NCBI RefSeq assembly: GCF_004010195.1
Contig: NC_057719.1
Location: forward strand, 90,316,515 to 90,380,514
Source: Chiloscyllium plagiosum
Lineage: Eukaryota
Direction: 5' to 3'
DNA length: 64,000 nt
The notes under the pieces were generated by a model. That model saw only the letters and a program-made list of their open reading frames with translations, made no database searches and had not been told where the DNA came from. A program made the position numbers and the translations under genes. Within the stretch, counting starts at the first letter, position 1. Every line of letters starts with the position of its first letter. This document shows positions 11,136 to 23,789 of this stretch, piece after piece.

Positions 11136-13090
11136 TCTAATTGTTTTCAAGTTCACAGAAAAGTATTATACAAGCAATAACAAAGACAAATGCTGTGATA
11201 GCCTCTAATGCAGTACTACAGTCTAAGGAGAGGCGATCTTACAGCAATTATACATGGCCTTAGTGAGACAGACCTGACTACAATTGTCTCCTCACTATCG
11301 GAACTTTGTTTAACAGAAGGTGCCATGAAGGTTGACCAGATTCTTGGGACTGGTGGGTAAGAAACTTAGAAACATAGAAAATTGGTACAGGAGGATGCCA
11401 TTCAGTCCTTCGAGCCTGTACCATCATTCAATATGATCATAGCTGATCCTAAAAAGATCCTGGTTGTCCTGGAAAGACTGACAAGAGTACAATGGTGCCG
11501 AACATTCTTTGGAAATTGGAAGATATAAGAGAGATGCCACAAGCACAAAATGCTATCAAATTCTCTCGTGTGGCATCTTTTCAAGTTGGATATCTTAGTC
11601 TCAAGATCAGGGGTCCATCTCTTTGTGGGTTGTGAATCTTTGGAATACTTCACTTCTGAGCATTGTGGATGAGTAGTTGTTGAGTATATTCAAGACACAT
11701 AATGAGTGATCTTTTGGCATTTAAGGAAATTGAGGAACATGAAGACAGTGCAGGAAGATGCAGCTGAGGTAGAAAATCACCCATGAAAGTTGCACGAGGT
11801 TTGAGGGGCATTATAGTCAACTCATACTCATGGACATTGCACTGACAGTGAATTTCCTAAATCAGGAATGCACAAGGTACCAAGGCTTCTCAAGAAACAC
11901 AATTACATTAAAATTAAACTCTACATCACATGGTGCAGTCAAGGTTCACTCAATTTTTTGCTTGGGCACTGAAGACTTGAGTAACTCAGAGTCAGGATAG
12001 AAAAACTTGACTGCTATTACCCGAAAATGGCAATGAATGTGGACAGTGTTCTGCTGATTCCACCAATCAAGATTCAAACAAACAGTTCCTTGGGCAAGAT
12101 ACCAGAGAACAGCAGTGACTTAAGTCACATCCTCACTCTTCAGAAAAGGGAGAAAAAGGGCAGGAAACCACAATATTTTTCAAAGAATTAGAAGAACAAC
12201 CAGTTCTGGTGATAGCTAAGAGTGAAGTCACCCACAATTTCAATTAATATTCAAAGCCTAAGTTTCTGCTTTGACCAGCAGTTAAACATGCTTGCAAGTC
12301 TTGCACATTAGAAATCCTTCATCAGCAAGAATAATGAGACTGAGAACAAACAGTGTATTCACCAGTGGATAAAATGCATTGGCATTGTTGAGTGGTTGAG
12401 ATAGAAGTACATACTTAAAACACTTAAAAACAAAATTGAATGAAAATAAAAACAGTCTTTGTCATTTGAATCCTATTCAACTGCGCAGCTTTTCTCCAGT
12501 ATTGAATGCGACTTCTGTGCATGTTTCAGCCACTTTTTTGTTTAAAAAAGTGGACTTCTTTATTTTTAAATGTTTCTTCCCTTTTGAAAAATGTTTATGC
12601 TCATCAAGGATGTGTGATGTTAATGTTCAGGAATTAAATGCTTACATTAAACACCCTACTTTAAAAACAGGACGAGAGCGAGATGCAGAGCAGAACTATC
12701 TGGACCCTGTTTTGAAACTTTACAACTTAATTAAGTATTTGCTTTCTTATTTATCTGTTCACAGGATGGAAGCATGCTAGTTCAGCTAGCATTTATTGAC
12801 CATCCTTAATTGCTCTGGAGAATGCAATGGCAAACTTCCTTATGCTTTTTGCAGTCTGCAGTACCAGTTAGACATTTATTCTCATTTTTCGAATCAGTCA
12901 TGCCATTTAACAACCAGGAGCATTGAATCAGTCAGTTTGATGCTATCGACCTATAGCCATTTCAAACTGGACTGAAACAAAGCCACTTCAGTTCACGCAT
13001 GCCCATAGTAAGCATTTAGGAATGTGGAGTTGAGGATTATCAAATCAAATGATCTCATGAATGGCACAGCAGACCCGATGAGCTCAATGA

Positions 13091-13238
13091 TGATTAGAGT
13101 GGTGCTGAAAAAGCACAGCAGGTCAGGCAGCATCCGAGAAGCAGGAAAATTGACGTTTCGGGCAAAAGCCCTTCATCAGGAAGGGCCTAGTTGATTTTAA
13201 CCACTCTAATCTCCAGCATCTACAGTACCCACTTCTGC
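13091..13238. mobile_element. PLE-derived short insertion with intact minus-strand hammerhead core
   Basis: Minus 13179-13152 reads CTGATGA-A-GGGC-TTTT-GCCC-GAAA-CGTC; ctcaatg is duplicated on both sides. Confidence 0.8.
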
Positions 13239-15042
13239 CTCAATGCACTGAATGGCCTACTTCTGCTCCTACGTCTGATACAGAGTTCACATTCTATCAG
13301 TCTGTAGTGAATTTAAATCCAAGACCCATTGTTTATTTTAAATTTCACACTAACTCTTTGCCCCTACTGTTCCTGTACTGTTCAAAATGTCCCCCATTCA
13401 AGCTCAGATGTTTATTAGAAATGATCAATTGACCCTGAGGGCATCCATGGTTCTTTGAGTGTGGCATGGAGGAGTGACAATGTTATGTAGGAATTACACA
13501 GGAAACTACAGTACAGTCACTCTAACTACAGTCAGTCTATCCTCAGTGGTGGGGAAACTATTGGAAGCAATTGAATATAGGAGGTTTAATTAGTACATTT
13601 GCAGATGATATAAAAATCGATGGGGTGGTAAATAGTAAGGAAGATAGCCTTAGATTACAAGAGGATGATCAGCAACCAAATAGAATTAAAACCTAGTAAA
13701 TGTCAAATGATGTACTTGAGCAGGAGAATACATGACAAATGGTAGGAGCCTATGAAGTGTAGAGAACCAGAGGGATTTTGGTGTGCATGTCCACAGGTTC
13801 CTTAAGGTATCAGGGCAGGTGGATAAACTGGTTAAGGTGGCAAATGGGTGGGAGGGACAGAAACCCTCACAACATATATGAAGTATTTAATGCACACTTG
13901 CAATGCCAAGGGCATAAGTCAAGTGCTGGAAAATACCATAGCAAGATAGTTAATATTGACCAATGTAGATTGGATAGGCTGACGAAACTTTTTCTGAGCT
14001 GTAGATCTTTCTGACTTTACCTGTATGTAGCTCTCATAAGCGCTGTTTTCATGACCTATTCTAGTGAAATACAATGGCTCTAAGTTAAAAGCCAAATTTC
14101 AAATGATTACTTTCTGATCAACCATAAAATGCTGGAAAACAGCTCTGTTTCTTAAAGTGGAAAAAGCTTTAGAAACAGAATTACATTACTTTTTAATCAA
14201 TTTTCAGACATATGCTCACATTATGTTGAAGTTGAATAGTTAACTTCTCTAACTTGCTTGAAAGTGAATTTACACAAATTTACAGTAATTTCCCATCAGT
14301 TGTAAGGAGATTTTCCATCCAGCAACGGAAAGTGGTCTTTGATATACTTCACAACATACAGAGGAATAAGCAAAAACAAGGGTCACCATTACTTATATAG
14401 ACATTCCCAGTGTCACTGGATAATACTGGGTTGGAGCTCCAATAGACTTTTGCCGCCTCCTCCAACCCAGAGGTAAAATATAGTGCATCAGGTCCTTGAA
14501 ATCGGTGCAGAGAATAAACCTAGAATTCCCTTTTACTGGAAAAATATTTCAGAGTAAGTGGAACAGTTAGCCATTGAAAGCGGAGAGAATCTTTAATTCA
14601 TTTTCAAACCCTAACTGTACATGACTTTAAGTTCAAAGTCAGTGATGTACTCATTTTGAGATGATTTTTCACAATACCTTAAAGTAAATCACCCTGCTAA
14701 TGTACACATGGCAATTATTGTATCTTAACACAGAAAATGGATATTTAAATTGTTATAAATTTTAGGTTTGTTCAAATTAGTTTGAAATTATAATTCTTGT
14801 TTGAGATCCTACAAGCGTTTCTGTTCATTGTAATGACAAAATACAGCAAAATAAAATAGAATACCTAGCCATTTGGCTTTAAGACAATGAAAAAAAATTA
14901 GCTCAATCGTGGAATATATAAAAAGTTGCAATGAATAGTTACATCGCATCTAATGAAAGGTTTGATGCACTGATGCATCAACAAAAAATACACCTAGGAA
15001 GCAATAGATTTTCCACACTGGCATAAACCATGGGATTTTTTT

Positions 15043-15365
15043 TAGATTAGATTAGATTACTTACAGTGTGGAAACAGGCCCTTCGGCCCAATAAGTCCAC
15101 ACCGACCCTCAGAAGAGCAACCCACCCAAACCCATTCCCCTACATTTACCCCTTCACCTAACACTATGGGCAATTTAGCATGGCCAATTCACCTAACCTA
15201 CACATTTTTGGACTGTGGGAGGAAACTGGAGCATCCGGAGGAAACCCACGCAGACACGGGGAGAATGTGCAAACTCCACACAGACAATTGCCTGAGACGG
15301 GAATTGAACCCAGGTCTCTGGCGCTGTGAGGCAGCAGCGCTAACCACTGTGCCACCATGCCGCCC
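15043..15365 (-). mobile_element. HE1-type SINE, full length
   Basis: gggcggcatggtggcacagtggttagcgctgctgcctcacagcgcc head with A/B boxes, conserved core, (aatct)n tail. Confidence 0.93.
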
Positions 15366-17072
15366 ACTTCATCTGTTTCATAAAACCAACAAAATAAACG
15401 TTGTTGCCAAGTTTCTCAAACAGCTTTTGTGAGAACATATAAAACTCCTGAATTTACACTGGACATTTCAGCTTGCCTGGGTTTGAATATCTGCTGCATT
15501 TATTCAACTTTTGAGTCTGTACTATGCAATGTGCAATCCAATTCAATGCTTTACATGCATATAAACTTCAAGAAATAATTGTAAGGTATAGGAAAATTGA
15601 GTTAACATCACTGTTCAGTCCAATCATGACTGAGCTTGAATATTAACTACAATTTTCCCCATTTAATAATCAAAAACCTTTTGCTCTCTAACTTGACTAT
15701 TTAACAACTAGCCATTTCCCTCCAGCGTAGAGAATTCACCTAATACAACCTTCAACAAAAAGAAAATCTTGCCTCATTTCGGTTCTAGACTGACCCCAAC
15801 CTGTCAGGTTTATCATTCAAGGGAAACAGCCTCTCAACATCTGCCTTGTCAAGTCCCTTTATCATTTTATGTACTTTAATTAGATCACTCTCAATTGTCT
15901 CAACCCTGGTCTAGAAAATACGGCCTATTATATTCAACTCCTCCTAAAAGGTCAATCCTTTTGTTCCAAAAGACAATCTAATGAACCTTCACTTGACTCT
16001 CTCCAAGGCAGGCTTATACTTTCATCGGTAAGACAACTACAACTATTCACAGTACTCCAGGTATGGTCTCACAAAGGCCCTGCACAATTATAGTAAATGT
16101 TTTTACTACTCAAATTTCCTCAAATAAATGCTAACATAACATATGCATTTCCATATGCTTGTTCTCCTTGTAAGTTAGCCCTATGTGATTTGTGTACCCA
16201 GTTACTTTACATTTAAATAATATTGTACATTTTAATTTTTCCTACCAAAGTGCACAGTTCTCCACATTCCATTCCACCTGTCCCGCTCTTTTCCAATCAC
16301 TAACCTGCCCATGTTGCTTTGCATAATCTGTGTCAATGTTAAAGTGCACATAGGATTTTTTTCAAAACTAAATGGGTTGGCAATGAGAGTGGCTCGCTGA
16401 GGAACTGGGTCATGAAGTGGATCTATTGTATTCTTCGCCATCATTGATCTGTAAGACTTGTTCATTTGGTTTAGGCAGTCACCATATCATTCATTCAAAT
16501 TCTCCTTTCCCTTTAGTGTAACATACGTGAACCCAGAAGTCGGAGACAAAACCATCAATAGGTTTAGGTTGCTGAGGGTCCATTATCCACATTGCACCAG
16601 CTAGTCACTTATTCAAGACATGGTTGGGTATCTGTAGAATGAGATTGTGCGCACATCTGCTAGTATACTTCAAATCTGGACCCTCCCAAGGAAGGTACAT
16701 CCTTTTTGAGGTGTGGTGCCCCAAAACTGAACACTATATTCTCGATGGTTTCTGGTAAAGCTCTCAACAAATGAAGCATAATTTTTTTCTGTTTTTCATT
16801 CATGGCCCCTTGTGTTAAGGATCAACATTAAACTCAATATTCCATATGCCTGCTTGCTTGCTTAGCCCATTCATCCCTTGGTAATTTCTAGTTTCTATCC
16901 ACATGACTCGCTATACCTTCCTATGAGGTGGCACCTCCAAATGCAACACTCTACTCCTTTGTTCAGGTCATCTGCAGATCGGTTTGAAAGTAGGTTCAGA
17001 AATGCCTTCCCAAGGTATAACCAAATTAACAAAGTGTATGTGCTAACAAAAACTCCACATTCTCCAAATCAA

Positions 17073-17202
17073 CCATTGCACAGCACAACATCACTCATAT
17101 AACATCCATACATTCCACTGTACACACGAAACCACTCATAACACCCACGTGTTCCATTTTACAGCACAACACCACTCATATCACACCCATGTGTTCCATT
17201 GT
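17073..17202. repeat. Degenerate ~40-bp tandem repeat, 3 copies
   Basis: Unit approx. ccattgtacagcacaacaccactcatataacacccatgtgtt. Confidence 0.75.
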
Positions 17203-18634
17203 GAAAGCTCAAGTTGATAACAATAAAAAAAAGATACAACGCTCTGTTTTGCTTCTAAACAACTATTGTTTGATATTCTGTTGTAGCCGAAATGCTGACT
17301 TCAGCCTTGTGACTCATGATGTATTAACTGAGCTTAATAATGACCTACCCCAAGGAAAGGAGAAAATTACCATTATTATTTATGAAAAAAACCTTTTCAA
17401 AGTTTGAAAGTGTGTTATACTGAGATGTTTGGTTTCCAAACGGTTCCAAAATATTTGGGCAGCATTTATGAATTGATAGCATTCATAACTTCAAACAGAA
17501 GAAAGGATGCTTGATATATCATTGTAATTCAATGTTCGTCTACTCTGCCGTATACATAACACATCATGTTTTCCATGTAAATACAATTTCACATCATATT
17601 TTGCCCAGTAAAAAAAAATCACTACCTAGATTCGAATTAACACTGAGGACAAAGCACCAGCCACTTTACAAGTCAGTGGTGTCTTCAAACCTCGTGTCAC
17701 AATGTGATCTATTTAACACTAATCTTGGGTCTTGACAAAGTTTGTATCTGGCTGGAGGTAACCAGAATATGCTGTTAGATCTTAACCAATCATGTTTTAA
17801 ACTTAGAGCTTGGAAACTAATGCCAAAGGGGCAACTGACTTTTTGGAAATGTCCAGTCCCATTAAAATCAGGAATACCTTGTCTAAAACAAAAGAAGTTA
17901 GAAGAAACAAAAAAAATACAAAGCAGACCCATGATATAACACACACAACACGTAATATTAAATATTTAACCATGCAGTAGAAACTAAGAAAAATTTAATT
18001 TTCAAAACCATTGGCCGTCTCCCTATCTATTATCCTCACATACATGAAATTCCAGCCCATTCCAGTTCGTCCCAGCATCCTGCAGCACTAGTTATACATG
18101 CCCCCATAACTATGAATCTTACTCCTTCAATCATTAGCTAATGAGAACAAATTTCCTTTGTTCTCCTGATCTAAACCTGACATAATTTTATACACCCAAT
18201 CAAATCTTCCCTCAATCTCCTCTGCTCCAAAGAGAACATTCTCAAATGTACTGATCTAGCCTTAAAGTTAAGCTTCCCAATCCCTGGAACCAATCTGGTA
18301 AATCTCCTCTGAAACCCTCTCAGGGACGCTCACATCCATACTTGAGGAAGAATGTAACACTTGAGTTGCTGTGTAACGAAAGCTTCCATTATAGAAATAA
18401 GAGTAGGACATTCAACCTGTCGAGTCTGCCCACCATTCAGTAGGATCATGGCTGGTCAAACACTTCGATATCTTTTATTCACTCCATCCTGATAATCCTG
18501 TACATCACTGATAGATTTTTGATTACAAGTCTCTATCTTTTGCTCAAAGATTGAGCTTCCATAACCCTCCATGGTAGAGAATTTCAGAGGTACACAACCC
18601 TCTATTACACAAAATACAGAGTTTTGGAACTGAA

Positions 18635-20165
18635 GGTGATTTAGCAGTTTCGATCAGAAATTGGCTAGCTGAAAGAAGACAGAGGGTGGTGGGAAATGTT
18701 CATCCTGGAGCTCAGTTACCGATGGTGCGCTGCAAGGATTTGTTTTGGGGCCACTGCTGTTTGTTATTTTTATAAATAATCTGGATGTTGGTGTAGAAGG
18801 TTGGGTTAGTAAATTTGCAGATGGCACTAAGGTAGATAGAGTTGAGGATAGTGCTGAAGGTTGTTGTGGGTTACAGAGGGACATAGATAACATGCAGAGC
18901 TGGGCTGAGAAGTGACAAATGGAGTTTAATGCAGAAACGTGTGAGGTAGTTCACTTCGGAAATAGTAACAGGAATGCAGAATACTGGGCTAATGGTAGAA
19001 ATCCTGACAGTGTAGATAAACAGAGAGATCTCTGCGTCCAGGTGTATAAATCCCTGAAAGTTGCCAACCAGGTTGATAGGGTTGTTAAGAAGGCATATGG
19101 TGCATGACGCTTATTGGTAGGGGGATTGAGTTTCGGAACCACGAGGTCATGCTTCAGCTGTACAAGACTCTGGTAAGGCCACACCTGGAGTACTGCCTAT
19201 AATTCTCGTCACTGCATTATGGGAAGCATGTGGAAGCTTTGGAATGGGGCCAGAGGAGATTTACTAGGATGTTGCCTGGCATGAAGTTAAAGATCAGAGA
19301 ACACCAGGTTATAGTCCAACAGGTTTATTTGGAAGCACTAGCTTTCGGAGTGCTGCTCTTCATCGGGTGGTTGTGGAGAATAAGATTGTAAGACACAGAA
19401 TTTATAGCAAAAGTTTCCAGTGCAATGCAACTGAAATTATATACTGAAAAAGGTCTGGATTGATTGTTAAGTCTCTCATCTTTTAAAATGACCATGAAAG
19501 AACATGCTTATTCTAAAAGATGAGAGACTCAACAATCAATCCAGGTCTTTTTCAGTATATAATTTCAGTTGCATCGCACTGGAGACTTTTGCTATAAATT
19601 CTGTGTCTTATAATCTTATGCTCCACAACCACCCGATGAAGGAGCAGCGTTCTGAAAGCTAGTGCTTCCAAATAAACCTGTTGGACTATAACCTGGTGTT
19701 GTCTGATTTTTAACTTTGTCCACCCCAGTCCAACACCAGCATCTCCAAAACCAGGTATGGAAGGTCGGTCTTACGAGGAAAGGCTGAGGCTGTTTTTGTT
19801 GGATAGATGAAGGTTGAGAGGTAATTGAGACATATAAGATAATCAGAGGATTAGATAAGGTGGACAGTGAGAGCCTTTTACCTTGGACGGTGAAGGGTAA
19901 CATGAGGGGGCATTGCTTTAAATTGAGGGGTGATAGATTTCAGACAAATATCGGGGTAGTTTCTTTACTCAGAGTAGTAGGGGTGGAACTGCCTTCCTGC
20001 TACAGGTAGTAGACTTGCCGACGTTAAGGGCATTTAAATGGGCATTGGACATACATATGGATAATAATGAAATGGTGTAGGCTAGATGGGCATCGGATTA
20101 TTTTCACAGGTCGGCGCAACATCGAAGGCCAAAGGGCCTGTACTGCATTGTAACATTCTATGTTC
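18635..20165 (+). mobile_element. CR1 LINE RT plus 3' end, split by a nested palindrome
   Basis: KFADGTK, MEFNAETCEVVHFG, LYKTLVRPHLEY motifs; tail ttctatgttct. Confidence 0.92.
19284..19750 (+). mobile_element. Long palindromic PLE-derived insertion
   Basis: About 200-bp inverted arms (19284-19490/19510-19716), unpaired tail gtccaccccagtccaacaccagcatctcc, flanking cc(t/a)gg(c/t)atg duplication. Confidence 0.85.
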
Positions 20166-20169
20166 TCTG

Positions 20170-23090
20170 AGTAAATAATAAACCCCTTGTCTCAGATCCA
20201 AATGGTATATCCCTTACTTTTATATTGGCCCTTCTAGTTTCTAGACTCCCTAACCAGGGGAAAGATTTTACCTGTATCAACCTCATCTATCTCTAAGTAT
20301 TTTGCAAGTTTCAATGTGATCACTTCTCATTTTTTGAAGTGTTAGAGAGTACAGGCCCAGTTTGCCCAATCCTCCATTCAAGGAACAAATCTGGTGAACC
20401 TTCCCTGCATTCATTCTATAGCAATAATATCCTTCCTGAAATAAGGAGAATACAACTGTACACAGTACTCCAAGTGCCGTCTAACAACTGAAGCAAAACT
20501 TCATTACTTCTGTGCTCAAATCTTCTTCCAATAAATCTAATGTTCCTTTATCCCTCCTATTAGCTTGCTGCACCCATATGTTAGCCTTCAGTGACTTAAC
20601 AAGGACACACAAATCCCTTTATACATCTACACTTTCCAACCTCTTAACATTTAAGAAATACTCTGTGCAACTGCTTCTCCTACCAATGTGGATAACACAC
20701 ATTTTTCCACATTATATTCCATCTGCGCCGTTCTTGCCTAATCGCTAAGCCTGTCTAAACCCTGCTGAAGCAGCTTTATATTTTCCTCAGAACATATATT
20801 TCCAATTAGCTTTGTATTATCTGCAAATGTGGCAATATTACATCTGGTTCCCTACCTTCAAATCATTGACATATATTGTACACAGCAGGGACCCCAAGTA
20901 CCGATTCTTGCAGGACCCCATTGCTCAGAATGACTCATTTTATTCCTAATGTTTTCTCCTGTTAGCCAATCAATAATGCATGTCAATACATTGCGTCCTT
21001 TCTCATGTGCTTTAATCCTTCTAATCAACCTCCTGTGGGGGACTTTATAAAAAACTTTATGAAAATCTAAGAATATTATTTCCATTGGTTCTGCTTTATC
21101 AGTTGCGCTCATAACATCTTCAAAAAACTCCAATAAAGTTTGCCAAACATGATTTCCCATTCACCAATCCATGCTGACTATGCCATATTGCTATCGGATC
21201 ATTATTGTCATCGAGATGTCTATTTATCCTTTCCTTTATAATAGACTCAAGCACTTTTACTCCTCCTGTTGTCAGGTTAACAGGCCTATAGTTTCCTACT
21301 TTATTTCTCGGTCTGTTCTTATAAGGTGGGGTAATACTGCTAATCCATAGGAAGCATTTGAGAGTCCATCTATACATAACTTTAGAAGATAAATCACCAA
21401 TTTAGTGATCATCATGATATCTACCTCCTACAGCACTCTAGGATGTAGACCATCAGGTCCTGGGGATTTATTGATCTTCAGCCCCATTAGTTTGTCTAGC
21501 ACAATCTTCTTCCTCATGCTAATTTCCTTCAATTGGATCTCTAATTCTGGGAGATTCCTGGTAACTTCCAAATGGAAACCAGCAAAAAGTAATCATTCAG
21601 CTACTCTGCCATTTCTTTATTCCCCATTTCAAATTATCTTGTGCGAATAATGTACCCACATTTGATTTAGCAATATCCTTCCTTTTTACGTAGCTGTAGA
21701 AGTTCCTGCAGTCTGTTATTAAAATTCTTTGCCTTGATTGCATACATATTCTAGTCTCCCCTTCCCACATTAGTTTCTTTGTTCTCTTTTCCTGTATTCT
21801 ATAAGTCTCACAATCTTCAGAATTCTCTGAAGTTTCAGCACAGGTGGTTTATGGAACTTCCTTGTTTTTATACTCAATCACTTTAGTTATAAAGCTCAGG
21901 TCCCATATGCTTTGCTAACCACTTTCTTGGTATGTCTTGCCACATCCAAAGATGATAAACATGTAACATAGCTCTTTGGTTCCTAATCAATTTTTAGGAC
22001 TGTGCTATAAAGACTGTATTGTCTCTCTGTACCTGTACAGCTCATGTTGCTCTGTATAAATTCCATTTGCCACCTATCTGCCCACTCTCTAAGACCACAC
22101 TGTATTGCAGTCCTAATGTCCATTTTTTTTGTTAAAACTCAAATCTATCACTGATCCTGCTCGTCCATGAATCACAATTATACTTGCCAGCCTTTTATGC
22201 GATGTTTTTGTCAACGTTTTCTTAAAGTCCCGACCACATTTGCTGTACTCTCTTCATCAAAAAATGCAACTGCATTCGTCAGGTATGATCTCCTTTATAC
22301 AAAATCATGCTGCTTTTCCTTAACTAAATTACCAGGCACTTGAACAGTTCTGAGTCTTTTCCCCAGAATCTAAGCTTCCAAAATTATCCACAACTGTATT
22401 TGGCCTGTATTTACTAGGAATGTCCTCATATCTATTCTGCAGCAAGTTGTATTTGCCACTCTCCACTCATTGCCCTACATCTGAGGAAGATTGCAAGATT
22501 GGAAGCCCTGCAGACACTTCCCTTAGTGATTGGGATATAAACCATCCAGACACATTTATCCATTTGACATTTTGCAGCCTTCCCAGAACATCCTGTCAAT
22601 CAAATCTCACCCCAACCATTGGCTCTTACCATCTGCCCCTCTACAAACACTTTGTTAGCATGTGCAATGAAGTGCTCATTACTCATCTAGCTTCATCTTG
22701 TGACTCAAGATAAATCTCATCTTCTTTGCATCTAATAGTTTCACCAGGCTAATTAAAACCCACATTGTTTATATGCTGGAAGAAGATTTTGGAGTTCCCT
22801 TTCATGGCAACTGCCATTCGATTCCCAGATCCAGCCTTTGCCAGTCATACTACCCTCTTCATTGCCCTAGTTAACTTGTGTTTGGCCTGGTTCTCATCTG
22901 AAGACTTTACCTGATATCACCTTCTTTTTCATCATGTTCTCTGTCTTGCTCATCAAAGGAGCCCAGAATTTGGTTGCCTTACCTTGTTGGAATGCATCTA
23001 GTCTGTACCTGAAACATTTCTTCATTAAAAGATCACCTATTATTTTATTATAAATATTCCTGTCAAACTTTGATTCCCTGTTGTCTTGAT
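20170..23090 (-). mobile_element. Cluster of decayed CR1 LINE fragments
   Basis: FLDFHKVFYKVPHRRL, GNYRPVNLT, GKSCLANF motifs. Confidence 0.85.
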
Positions 23091-23252
23091 TAGATACCCC
23101 CTCCATCTCATAGAATTTGGAGTTTGCACTTCAGCTTGTTCCTTGTTTTAGATTAAGCAACATATTGTCAGTATTTGCAGATTTAGTGATATGTGAAGAT
23201 TCAGTAAGTATTTTTAAAGAACTGTGTTTTTTAAAAAAAAGTATATACATAC

Positions 23253-23327
23253 AGATTTCAGTCTCTTTACAGCTTCCTCACAGATGTGCATCCCTCGAGA
23301 TTCATCTACCTCCACGTGGCCTAAATA
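23253..23327 (-). CDS. NUMB: NUMB second coding exon (75 nt, PTB domain)
   Basis: tttctttttccag|TAT TTA GGC CAC GTG GAG GTA GAT GAA TCT CGA GGG ATG CAC ATC TGT GAG GAA GCT GTA AAG AGA CTG AAA TCT|gtatgt = YLGHVEVDESRGMHICEEAVKRLKS; phase 0/0, in frame with the previous exon. Too short for the ORF track. Confidence 0.96.
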
Positions 23328-23789
23328 CTGGAAAAAGAAAATAAAGGTCAAAGTTTGGATCAGCCTGTGACATACGCTACCAGATTTCAGCAAATTTAGT
23401 TTCAGATAAAATCACCATGGGCTCCTTGCTTGCTTCATTGAAGGAGTATACTTTACTATATGCTACAAATGAATCCAACATTATTCCCCATCTGTACATT
23501 AGCCAGCTGCAAACTCGACCTTCATTGCAGGTCTGATTTAGAAATATGCATGCTCCAGACTTGCAATGAAATTGTAGGTGAGAGTTTCAGATGGGTTGGA
23601 TTAAATGGTAATGGTTCAAAAGTCAATAAAAACTTTGGCAAGTTTTTGGAGGTTGGATGCAAGCGTTGGAAGTCTATGCCTATTAAAATTGATTTGAAGG
23701 GTAGGGGAGGAGAGAAAGGAATACCACTGATATAAATCATGCATAAAATGAACTTACTGTCACAAAAACACAAAGTTCTTTTTTAGTCT

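Noticed and set aside
15280..15365. tRNA gene-like A/B boxes
   Set aside because: Head of a tRNA-derived SINE repeated six times in the window; no full cloverleaf seen.
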